Source of the DNA: Octopus vulgaris
Taxonomy: Eukaryota
DNA: 64,000 nt
NCBI GenBank assembly: GCA_951406725.2
Contig: OX597826.1
Span: 63,736,001 to 63,800,000 of the forward strand
Reading direction: 5' to 3'
Made by a program: the position numbers and the translations under genes. Under the pieces are notes generated by a model that searched no databases, was not told the origin of the DNA, and saw nothing but the letters and a program-made list of their open reading frames with translations. Shown here one piece after another: positions 1 through 11,095 of this stretch; positions within the stretch are counted from its first letter, which is position 1; the number at the start of each line of letters is the position of its first letter.

Positions 1-824
1 AGAAAACAGAATTTCTCAGAAGCATGATGTTCTCTCATTTCAGTCATCACAAAAATTTATGAAAATGGGAGAAGCACTGCAAAACAAAGACACACCACAT
101 GGCAGTACTATGTCACTCTGTGATGTCAGTCAGTAGACTGATGCCTGAGGTTTGTATCAAGTAGCTTCTAGCAGCAGAAACCTTAAGAACAATGGGCTTA
201 TCCTAAAGAGAATATTTCTGATTACTTTTGGGTACCTCCTCATATTTTGCTGGCACTGTTGGGGTGAAAGAATCACCAAGTTAATTTCAGTAATTTACTA
301 GCAGACATCCTTTGAAATCTAATGCAAATGGAAGGTGTATTTAGTATTAACAATGTTACCTTGCTGAATACTATGCCTTTGGATATTCTCATGTCTCATT
401 GCTAGCACAAATGATAAAATACTTTCCAGGTCTCCCTCTAACTGAACTTATATGCCTTGTAGGGGTAAAAACAACCTGCACCAACTTGAAATGTATATTC
501 CTTCAGTGGTACATACAAACATCTTGGTCAGTTACTAACATGGAATTCATGGAGAAGTAAAATTAAAGTGACATATAGAAACTGGTTATAAATAAATAAA
601 CACAGTTTTAAAAAACCAACAAGGGAGCCTATCTGGTCACTTAAACTTACTAGAAATAGATAGATTGTGTTTTTACAAATAAGAATGTATTAGACAGCAG
701 GTCTGCTTTATCAGAGCTAACCTGTTTCTGTCTCTTTGTCACACTGTAACCTTTCATTATCTAACACAAGATCTCCTCCTCCAGTGCCTTCTCTCCTCTC
801 AAAATTCCTTGTCATGCAAGCTAC

Positions 825-1022
825 TTGGTGACCCTGCCAGTGCTGGTGCCACGTAAAAAGCATCCAGACCAAGCTGTAAAGTGGTAGGCATTTGAAAGGG
901 CATCCAGCCATAAAAACTATGCCAAAACAGACACAGAAGTTTGGTGCAGTCTTCTGCCTGGCCAGCTCCTGTCAAACCGTCCAACCCATGCCAGCATAGA
1001 AAGCAGTTGTTAAATGATGATG
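825..1022 (+). mobile_element. RTE-associated non-autonomous retroposon ((GAT)n-tailed family), diverged
   Basis: gggcatccagcc...ccgtccaacccatgccagcat...gttaaatgatgatg, shared with many copies in the window. Confidence 0.75.
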
Positions 1023-1565
1023 AAATTGCAATGAAAAAACAATTTGTTATAAAAAGGGAAAGTTTGTCAAACAAATATGTGAATATAATTCAAAAAATTT
1101 TAATAAATAGCTAATATTTTAATTCTTTGCATGTCCAACAAGCAACACAGTAACTGCTTCTGAAAAAGGAAGTCTATTCAAATTTATGTATAAAATGGAT
1201 TACTGAATCAACATGGAAAAAGTTGTCCTTTCGTTTTTGTTTTTTAACAATCAACATCTATTTCTGATTATTTCTCTCACCCTCTTCGAATGAAAAATAA
1301 ACAACCCTGAAATAGAATAATCTTTTCCTACCATTATCTAATCTCAGTTTTATGGTCCAGATTTGTTGTGTAAATATTGTCAAAACATCTTCTAACACAC
1401 CCCAACCCACTACCTAACTCATAATCTCAACATTATTTACTAAAAAAAACACTAATTTTTCCCCTTCATTAACATTTTAATGAAGAATTCTAAATCCTCG
1501 CAAAGAACTGTTCAACTTTTATTGCTCCCTAGCACCAACAAACTCAGCATGAAAATAGCCATCAG

Positions 1566-1581
1566 TGTTGCCATGGCAACA
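1566..1581. promoter_or_regulatory. Perfect palindromic RFX X-box (tGTTGCCATGGCAACa)
   Basis: Exact canonical 14-mer within a 16-bp palindrome in sequence with no recognisable repeat. Confidence 0.55.
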
Positions 1582-2077
1582 TGATATTAAAGAAGCAATC
1601 AGCAAAACTTTTAATGCTCTTGTTGTGTTTTACATAATTCTATAATCTTTGGTTAGCAATGATAAATAAAAAAAAAAAGAAAGAAACAGGTACTCTAATA
1701 TATCTTGAAAACTGGTAATTCAAAATAAGCTGAAAAAACAGAAAACTACTTAAATTAACTGACATGGTACTGTTACTATTGTCGTTATAATGAGGCATTA
1801 ATGAGATTTTTAGATGTTTCCACTTGAAAAAATCTTGAAAAATGTTATTCAAAGAATTCTGATATCTGTTCTGTTCTTGAGAGAAAGATTCAATCAAAAC
1901 AGTGCAGATTATTAGCAAACTATACTTTGGTTTTCCTAGTAATATGGAAGCTTCTATAGAGTCACGCAACCTGGTCAATGCTGTTCTTAAACCAGCCCCA
2001 CTCTCTTCATGCAGTTCCTCACTGGTCTGAAAACTGGCATTGCATGAAATAGGTCTGCATGGAAAGAGCTACAGAGT

Positions 2078-2111
2078 GCTTACCTGACAACAGAAAATAA
2101 CTTTCAGTTAG
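2078..2111 (-). other. Candidate recursive splice site: branch point CTAAC, ttattttctgttgtCAG|GTAAGC
   Basis: On the sense strand of the MTMR intron. Branch A is 24 nt upstream of the junction at 2084/2083, and the acceptor is immediately followed by a consensus donor. Confidence 0.5.
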
Positions 2112-2464
2112 TTCAGTGCAATACCACCAATCCCTTCTCTCTTAATTTTTATCTGTCCTACTGCAAACTAAGAATTATTATCATCATTATCACCCACTAT
2201 TATTACTATCTCAAGTACTAGGAAATACAGGGCAGATTATCTAGTTTCCAGGGCATATAAATGACCAGGATAACAACATTCTTCCTGTATGGAACACCAG
2301 TCTGTCACAGGGTTACTTATTTACAGCTGAGTGGATTGGAGCAACATGAAATCAAGCATTTTTCTCAAAATGGAAACAAACACCATTCCACCATATGATT
2401 GGCTTGAAAAATTGCTAAGACATTAAAACATATTTTTTTTTAACATATCTATATTTTAGAGATG

Positions 2465-2792
2465 GGGAATTATGTATATTATTTACATTTGACGGATATT
2501 TGTCCTCATCTTGTTTGTTGTTAACACAACATTTTGGCTGATGTACTCTCCAGCCTTCATCAGGTATTAGATTTACAAGCCCCAAAATTCACTCCATAAT
2601 TGCCCATGGACATATGGTTTAGTGGTTAAAAGCACGGGCTACTAACTCCAAGATTCTGAGTTTGATTTCAAGCAGTGACCCTAATAATAATAATAACATT
2701 GGAAAAACACTGATGAAGGCTGGAGAGTACATCAGCTGAAATGTTGTGTTAACAACAAACAAGATGAAGACAAATATCCGTCAAATGTAAAT
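2465..2792. mobile_element. Penelope-like remnant: 83-bp inverted arms flanking a tRNA-like head
   Basis: 2481-2563 is the reverse complement of 2710-2792 with 3 mismatches. Arms carry a CTGATGA-A-GGCTG..CAGCY-GAAA motif. A/B-box-like head at about 2608-2680. Confidence 0.6.
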
Positions 2793-2895
2793 GAAACCAA
2801 TGGTAGCCTTAATACACAAATAAAGAAATTTTATCCACCATTGCAGTGCTGAGCACTCATTCTTGTTCAACATTTACATATATATGATGATGATG

Positions 2896-2931
<36 letters not shown>

Positions 2932-4289
2932 TACACACAGACCAATAAAACCAGTACCAAACTTTAAAAAAGTATTATGATTAGTTTATTCAAATAAAAC
3001 CCTTCAAGGCATTAGATAAAATTCTCAACTCATATTGAAAATATTACTTAATGGACAAATGTATATATCTGTTTATGTGAGTATTGGGTATTCACGCATT
3101 CCATCATCAATATTGTGTATGTATGTGTGTATTTTACAGTAATGTACATCGATAAAAGATGCAAACATTTGAAAACTGGTGCAGTATTTGTCCTTCCCGA
3201 GTTACACAGATGCTTTATAAATGCAGTGAAACATTGATTGGTCTGTTGGAAACTTGTAACTAAGGAATTTATTGTCCCACACACAAGAAAAAAAAATGTA
3301 GGTATGATTGTTTGGTTTAGAAGCACACTATGAAGCCATGTAATTTTGGGTTCAGTCTGACTTCACACACTTCGGGAAAGTGGCTTCTGCTATAGCCCCA
3401 GGGCAAACCAATGCCTGAAATTGAAACTGAGTGAAAGCCCATCAAGTTTGGTACTTGTTTTATTGGTCTCTTTTACTGAACTGCTACGTTACAGAGACAT
3501 AAACAAACAGCACCAGTTGTTAAATGCAACAAGTACAAAGATATTAGTGTGTGTGTGTGTGTGAGTGTGTGTTTGTGTGTGTGTGTGTGGCCACACAGTT
3601 TCTGTCAACCAAAATTCACTCACAAGGCATCAGTCAACTAGGGTTGTAGTAGAGGACACAATGCTTTGGAACTGAACTCAAAACTATGTAGTTACAAAAT
3701 GAGCTGATGGATGATAACATCAGTCTGCAGAGGCATTTTCAAGTTGATAAATACGCAATTTTCATCAGTAGTGAAAAGAAAATACTAAATGCTCTATATA
3801 ATTACAGATACAAACCAAGAGGAAATAATAGAAGTTACTCTCAAGAAAATAAAGAATCCATCACTTACTTAACACAGAAATAAGAATCAAAAACTGACAA
3901 CTGATATTTTCTAGCTATAGCCAACTTCATATACAATAACTGAAAAGTCACGCCAAAATGTCACATCATATCAATCATTTAAGTTTGAACAGTCAATTAG
4001 GAATTCAAGTTCAAATATTTGAAGTCATATATGAGATGTGGAAAATAGAGTGTCGTCTCAAGAAGCAAAATAGAAATACATACTCACAGACACACACATG
4101 TTATATAACCATATGAGGCACAGGGGCGGCGAGCCACAGACAGTTGTGTGGATAAGAAGCTTGTTTCCCATCTATGAGCTCTTTGGGTTCGGTTCCACTG
4201 CAGAGCATCTTGGCAAGTGCCTTCTACTATAGCCCAGAGCTGACCAATGCCCTGTGAGTTAATTTGTTAGATGAATGTTGTATAAAAGT

Positions 4290-4625
4290 TAGAAAGTGAA
4301 ATTTGTAAAGTAAAAGTATTATGTTTAGATATGGTCTTTGTCAGACACACAGAGAAGAGGAGAAGACAGGAGAAAAGAGGAGAAATAGCCCCCCCCCCCC
4401 CCCCAGCACATAAGTAACTCATATTTGATCTCTGAATAACTATAAGTGAAAGAGAGGTAATTATGGTTTTTAATGACAGGAGAGTGCTTATATATGTGTG
4501 TGTGTGTGTGTGATACATAGATAGATAGATATAGATATATATAGTAGAATAATAAAAAAAAGTTCTTGGTACAGTATAAGTATTATGTTTTAGATATGGT
4601 CTTTGTCAGACACACAGAGAAAAGT
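4290..4625 (-). mobile_element. Penelope-like partial tandem repeat remnant
   Basis: Direct repeat aagtattatgttt(t)agatatggtctttgtcagacacacagagaa at about 4314 and about 4578, separated by a microsatellite. Confidence 0.4.
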
Positions 4626-5504
4626 CCAGAGTTATTCTAATGAGTTTTGAGCTTTCCAATAGCCGTTTTCAAACTGAAATTCTGTAGGAGAAAGGGCTAT
4701 AGCAGAAGACACTTGCCCAAGATGCCATGCAGTGGACATTTTTGGAACCAGTGTGGTATGGTATGCCCTTAGCAAGCTACTCCATACCACACGGCACACT
4801 CATCTACATGCCTATATACACATACATACACACATTCACATACAGTATGGCCACAGCCTCAGGACTGGAACATATAAAAGAATGTACAGGTGTCAAGCGA
4901 CTTCTTTAATTAATGAAAACATTATCTCAATACAGAGAAACTGTTTTTCTCAGATGACTGCACAGACCTCAAGCACAAAGGACAAACCAACTGCTTTAAC
5001 ATATTCACATCACTAACGGAGCTCAAATATTTACACTAATTCTGCTGCTATATCTTTGGCTGAATGAGTTTAGAAAAGTAGTCTATGTAGTATCAAATCT
5101 ACTAGAATTTAGAGGTTAGTAGAGGTTATAGTGGTGGCGGATAATTGAGAATAGTGACCTAGTTACCTACACTTGGAAGACAATAGGGAGAATGTAGTCT
5201 TCAATCATCCAAAATTAAATCTTTTGGGAGTTGTAGCTGTCTTCTAGAGAAAGGTGATTAATTAATTAATATCATGACAACCTACTAGACTAAGTACTGG
5301 AACCTTATATCCCCCACCCCCCACACTTTGTCTACACCAAAGAGTAAGGCTTGGGGTGATAAAAGAAAGAAGGATAACCAGAGCAAATAACACTTATTTT
5401 CATTGTCATCTTAAAGGGGAAGATAAGGAAATTAGGGGTGAAAGATAAGTGCAAAGAATAAGTGAAGTAGCGCTGGTGCAACTTAATATATATTTATATA
5501 ACTC

Positions 5505-5826
5505 ATTGAAAGAGCACATCAGTAGGGAGGTCATCAGACAGAAGTCCGGCGTGAGGGATGTCATCATAGAATATACATGCAGCAAGTTTAGATAGGCTAG
5601 ACACATCGCTCGGTTCACAAATAATCGGTGAACCCACGCAGTTGTCAAGTGCTATCCGCACGAGCGGAAACGACCACTTGGAAGGCCTCCACAATGGTTG
5701 AGTTAGGAATTTAGGAGGGCAATTGGGACCACATGGATGAGGAAGGTGCGATCCAGAGAGGAGTGGACAGTGTGCTGTGACAAGCAGTGTCAAATGGACG
5801 CCCAACAGACTGGTCAGTCAAGGTGA
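5505..5826 (+). mobile_element. RTE-clade LINE 3' fragment (decayed)
   Basis: Translates LKEHISREVIRQKSGVRDVI..KFR*ARHIARFTNNR*THAVVKCYPHERKRPLGRPP..WMRKVRSREEW, the RTE C-terminal WAGH..GRP pattern with stops at Trp positions. Confidence 0.85.
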
Positions 5827-5858
5827 TATATACACACACACACACACACACACATATA

Positions 5859-6009
5859 CAAGAGGTGCTGAAAAGTTCCTGGCTTTAAGGGTATCATAAA
5901 AGGCCTAGTTGGAGGCCCAACCTTCCAAGTTCTTTTACAAGGCTTAGAAAAACTGAAGGACCACTGCAATAAGTGTGTGAATCTGAGAGAACTTTCCAGC
6001 ACCCCCTTA
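5859..6009 (+). mobile_element. Mariner-derived MITE
   Basis: Terminal inverted repeats (gaggtgctgaaaagttc / gaactttccagcacccc) flanked by TA. Internal FYKGLEKLKDHCNKCVNLR-like mariner C-terminus with a frameshift. Confidence 0.75.
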
Positions 6010-6889
6010 TACACATACACACACACTTAAACACATCCATAAGTATATGACTTGCCACAGAGTTTCTGGCTACCAAATTCTAAAAGCAAGGTATTCATGA
6101 ACCCAAGGCTACAGTAGAGAAAACTTGCCAAATGTGCTGCACTCTGAGCCAGAACCTGAAACCATGTAGCTAAGAAGCAAATTCCTTAACCACACGGTCA
6201 TACCTGTTCTGTGCATGTGAAGAATATCTATGTGTAATTGTGAATAGCAACCTTATAAAATACAGTTTTGTTATTGATCACTTAATCCAGATAATGTTCG
6301 CGTAAACCAAAGGAAATGCAATTATTCATGATCATTCTAAATAGAGACACACGGACAGAGACACAAACACACGCAGAAACAAAGAGATGCACACACACAC
6401 ACATACACACATACACAAACGCACTAACACATTTGAAAAATACATTTAGCTTCAGTGAAAATTGTAACTTACCAAATAAATATCATTATTGAATTCAACA
6501 GGAGATTAAAAATAAAAAAAAACCAAACCATATTGAACAAACTTCTAATTTAAATACGAATCATATCATTCTTATCTGTCATTTTGACAGTATCCTTCCT
6601 TCCTACCTTCCACTAACACACAATCAATGACGTGTAAATATATACTCACGTTGCTGCACGCAACAGTGAGTTCAATTATTCAGTGATGATTGTAGTACAA
6701 GAGGGAAAAATCCCTGATGCATAAATAATCTCATAATGGTTGAGTTTTACACAGAAGCATTTGAACAATCTTAGTCATAGAAGCTACAGCCAAGCAGTAT
6801 GAAATGATTTCAGTAACTATAGATCCAGTATAGCTATAAGTGATTTCTCAACCTGTTTCTGTCTTGTTCTGAGGATAACTTTTGCGTTT

Positions 6890-7305
6890 ACCTTTTATCT
6901 TTGACATGTTTGAGTCTTTGGAATGTGGCCATGCTGGGGCACAGTCTTGAAAGGTTTTAGTCAAACAAACTGACCCCAATACTTTTTTTGTTTGTTTTTT
7001 AAAATCTGGTACTTATTGTATTGGTGTCTTTTGGTGAAACTGCTAAGTTACAGGGATGTAAACAAACCAACACCAAGTGTCAAGTAGTGGTGGTGGAGGA
7101 GAAGGAGCATGCACAAACACCACACACATATATACATGCATATATAGATACAGTGAGCTTCCACACAGTTTCCATCAACCAAATTCACTCACAAGCCATT
7201 GATAGGCCTTGAGCTATAGTAGAAGACACTTGCCCAAGATGCCACGCAGTGGGATTGAACCCAAAATCATGTGGTTGCAAAGCAAGCATTTTAACCACAT
7301 AGCCA
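6890..7305 (-). mobile_element. tRNA-derived SINE (family A), near full length, diverged
   Basis: Same head, body and tail as the copy at 13286-13700. Confidence 0.8.
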
Positions 7306-7633
7306 TTTTTAGATCAAACAATCTTAAATCTGGACACATGGCTCATTGCTATAACGACAACAACAGCAAGCTTATCCTTGATTCCACTACTGTATATACT
7401 CATTTAAGCTGAAGATTATCTTATCTTCTACATATATGTAAATATACTGATAATAATTTTTTAATAATTTTATAATACTTTGTGGTTTAGAGGCTTTTTG
7501 TATATTTTTGAACATTGAACATGAATTAAATGGTGGTTTTTATTCTTGCTATCATCATCAAGTTACTACAATTAGATGCACTCAATGACATGAAGACAGT
7601 ATATTCAATATCTGTAGATTTACTCATAAGAAA

Positions 7634-8203
7634 TCAAATCAAATCAAACCAAAATAGATGAACATCAATGGAATTTGTATCCTTGTGGTACCAGTGCCGG
7701 TGGCACATAAGAAAACCATCCGAACGTGACCGTAGCCAGTACCGCATCGACTGGCCTCCGTGCTGAGGGCACGTAACAAACACCATCCGAGCGTGGCCGT
7801 TCGCCAGCCTCGTCTGGCACCTGTGTCGGTGACACTTAAGAAAACACCATCCGAGCGTGGCCGTCTGCCAGCCTTGTCTGGCACCTGTGTCGGTGACACA
7901 TAAAAAAAAACACCATCCGAGCGTGGCCGTCTGCCAGCCTCGTCTGGCACCTGTGTCGGTGGCACATAAAAACACCATCCGAGCGTGGCCGTCTGCCAGT
8001 CTCGTCTGGCACCTGTGTTGGTGGCACATAAAATCACCCACTACACTCTCGGAGTGGTTGGCGTTAGGAAGGGCATCCAGCTGTAGAAACACTGCCAGAT
8101 CTGACTGGCCTGGTGCAGCCTTCGGGCTTGCCAGATCCCAGTTGAACCGTCCAACCCATGCTAGCATGGAAAGCGGACGTTAAACGATGATGATGAAGAT
8201 GAT
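7634..8203 (+). mobile_element. RTE-associated retroposon with an internal ~60-bp tandem array and (GAT)n tail
   Basis: About 5 units of caccatccgagcgtggccgtctgccagcctcgtctggcacctgtgtcggtggcac, then ggagtggttggcgttaggaagggcatccagctgtagaaac...gttaaacgatgatgatg. Confidence 0.85.
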
Positions 8204-9135
8204 AATAATACCATGCATTAATCTTGCCTGGGACCACAGTCTAGCCTTTAATGTGCAGGTTTCTGTTTTTCTTGTTTTTTTTTAAAGGTAGTATTGTAAT
8301 CATTTAAGCAAGTCTCATCAAGTTTGTAGCTTGGATATTGAGAAATTTAATGGTGAAAACAGAGAAGTTGGTAAGGCACAGTTGTAGGAAGATACCATTA
8401 TCAGAGAATAGGTTGGATGCCATTATCATCATCATAATCTTTACTTCCTTGGCCAAACTAACCCATACTGGTATGGGTTAGTTGGCTCAGGACTGCTCTC
8501 CTACATGGGTCAAAGGACCAATTTGCTCATAAGTTTCATTTTCAGTTGGGTTGCACTTTACAGAATTTTACTGGGTGCAGTTTTCCCTGGCACCAGTACT
8601 ATAGAATTTTCCAAATAACTGATAAGTGATCTCAATCCTACACTTAACAGAATACACACGACACATTGTTTCATGATAACTGGTGGCAATCCAGTACTAA
8701 TTTTATCAACTAGTGACTGGCAGTGTTGGCCATAGTAACATTTGAACATACAACACATCAGATACAAACTAAACAAGTTTGCCAAGCTAATACTCATTAA
8801 AAAAATATATACATTAAAGCTAATTTTAGAGTTAACTACAAGCACCTGGTAACAGTAAATAACAAATTAGAAATTCTATTCTGTTTGAGCACAACTTTTT
8901 ACTGAACAACAGAAATAATAAAACAAAATCTTAATTTTATTGTTTCAATTAACAAAGAGCTGACAAATAATATTTCATGAAAGGAATATATGTGTGTGTA
9001 TATGTGCATGTGTGCATGTGTGAAACTACACAAACGTCTGAATATAAATTTCAGAAACAGTTAAGATACTCTAACTGGAAGCATGTTTCGTACAATAAAT
9101 ATTGCAGAAACCTAATCCATTTGTTTAGATGTATT

Positions 9136-9166
<31 letters not shown>

Positions 9167-10613
9167 GTATTAAAAGAAAATTAGTGACAGGAATCTAAAA
9201 GACAAACAAATGATGAATTATAGTCAATCGGAAATGTCCATGGAACATGTGTAGTGAAAGCAAGACGCTATAAAGGTTTCATTTTACTCTCTCAAATGCA
9301 ACTGCAACTAGCTCAACTAGAAATGCAAGCTGGCTTACATGATGATGATGATGATGATGACAATGGATATAGAAGTGGCATGTTTTGAACAGTATAACAG
9401 GTTAAACTAGAAACATGAACTGGCCCATATGATGGTGATGGTAGTGATAGTGGTGGTGATGGTGGTAGTGGCAGTTATGGCGATGCAAAGTATTTTCAGT
9501 AATAAAATACCATATCCCAATGATGATGGTCTTATAATGTGAAGAATGACGTGAATGGAGGTAACATGATTCCGAGTGAAATATTTTCATCCCTTTGTGA
9601 TTTGATCAAAACAAGTACCAGCGATACACTAGAATCAATGCCAACTAACAAAACTTGATCATTAAAAAGCAACAAGAAATAGTACCAGAGGTTTCACATG
9701 GTCACTATTTTGTGCTTCTCCTTTTAGCGTTAACAAATAAGAAGAAATATAAAGACATGCCGAGTTTACTGTAAAATAAAATTTGTTTACATTTTCAACA
9801 AGGCTTTATAAAAACCTTTGTAACAACCACATTCAACATATCTTATTGAAATATCATAACTTGTGCCTGTATTCTTGTACTGAGACATTCAGTTCTACTC
9901 CACTAAATCTACTTGAGAGAACAAGTTGCTGTTGGCTGCAGTCTTTGATTGTGGAATTACTGACAAATAACATTCAATTGCCATCTTAATTAACTAAAAC
10001 CAGGTACCAAAGATGGACCAGCACATGGTGTAAACCAGCTGAGTGACTTTCAAAGCTTCGTATTTGCAATCAGATCATATCTTATCCTGGAGCAGAAACT
10101 AACCATCAATCTGTTCAAATTTATTTGAAAATAAATTATTTTACATTTTAGAAATTAAATGATTTATTGATTTCTAATGTTAACAAAGGTCCGCAACATT
10201 TACAGGAGAGAGTTGTAGATTACTGATTCAGCCTACAGTGAAATATCTGGAATTTGTTTAATTAAAATTGAGAAGATTTTGAGTAAAAGGCAAACAAACA
10301 CAGAGAAATTATAGTATTTAGTCCATCTCTCTAACATTCCTGCTATGCATTCACTATCATCAATCAATTAAAAACTAATCATTAAAAGCTATCATCTCCA
10401 TCTTACTCTCACTTTCTCATGTATATAATCATCATCATTGTGTTAATGGTCTACCTTCCCATGAGTCAGATGGAAGTTGTTGTAACAGATTTCTACGACC
10501 AGATGCCCTTCCATTTGCCAGCTCTCACCTGTTTACAAACAAGGTATTACTTCCCCACGACAAGACATGAATAATAATGTTTGTACAACAGTGATGCTCA
10601 TTTACATCTTGTC

Positions 10614-10894
10614 TGGCCACCACAGTCCCCAGATCTCAATATTATTGAACATTTATGGTGCATTTTAGAAAAAACAAGTAAGGAGTTGATATCCTCCACT
10701 ATCTTCACAACAAGAACTGGAGACTGTTTTAGCTGAAGAATGGACAAAAATTCCTTTGGAAACAAGTCAAACTTTGTACGAGTCCATACCTCAAAGAATT
10801 CAAGCTGTAATTACTGTCAAAGGTGGTTCTACCCCATATTAAAATAAATTTGTTTGAAATTTTAAGGTGTTTCCATTATTTTGTCCAACTCATG
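10614..10894 (+). mobile_element. Tc1-family transposase 3' fragment with right end
   Basis: WPPQSPDLNIIEHLWCILE..EEWTKIPLE..LYESIPQRIQAVITVKGGSTPY* (SPDLN.IE motif), with a frameshift and a stop; ends at TA. Confidence 0.9.
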
Positions 10895-10904
10895 TATATA
10901 TATA

Positions 10905-11095
10905 GGGGGAGAGTTCACGAAAAAACAAAAGACAAAGACAGGTGGTGTACAAAACAAACAGATGTGTTAGTATATCGCTCAGGAATCAAAAAGGTTTTTT
11001 ACGTTTCGAGCCTACACTCTTCTACAGAAAGGGACACAGAAAAAAACAAGGAGAGAAAAAAAATGTGTGTAGTGGCTACCAATCTATCATGGCTA
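10905..11095 (-). mobile_element. Penelope-like terminal repeat remnant next to (TA)n
   Basis: Minus strand ctgtagaaGAGTgtagGCTCgaaacgt hammerhead-like motif; related motif at about 23190-23225. Confidence 0.45.

Noticed and set aside
1640-2068. Open frame of about 140 codons on the minus strand (..TRLRDSIEASILLGKPK..)
   Set aside because: No recognisable homology, not MTMR-like, runs into poly-T, and is out of frame with the upstream acceptor for phase-0 exons.
7634-8183. Long overlapping ORFs and CRISPR-like periodicity
   Set aside because: Tandem ~60-bp units of a retroposon with no unique spacers and no cas genes; eukaryotic context.
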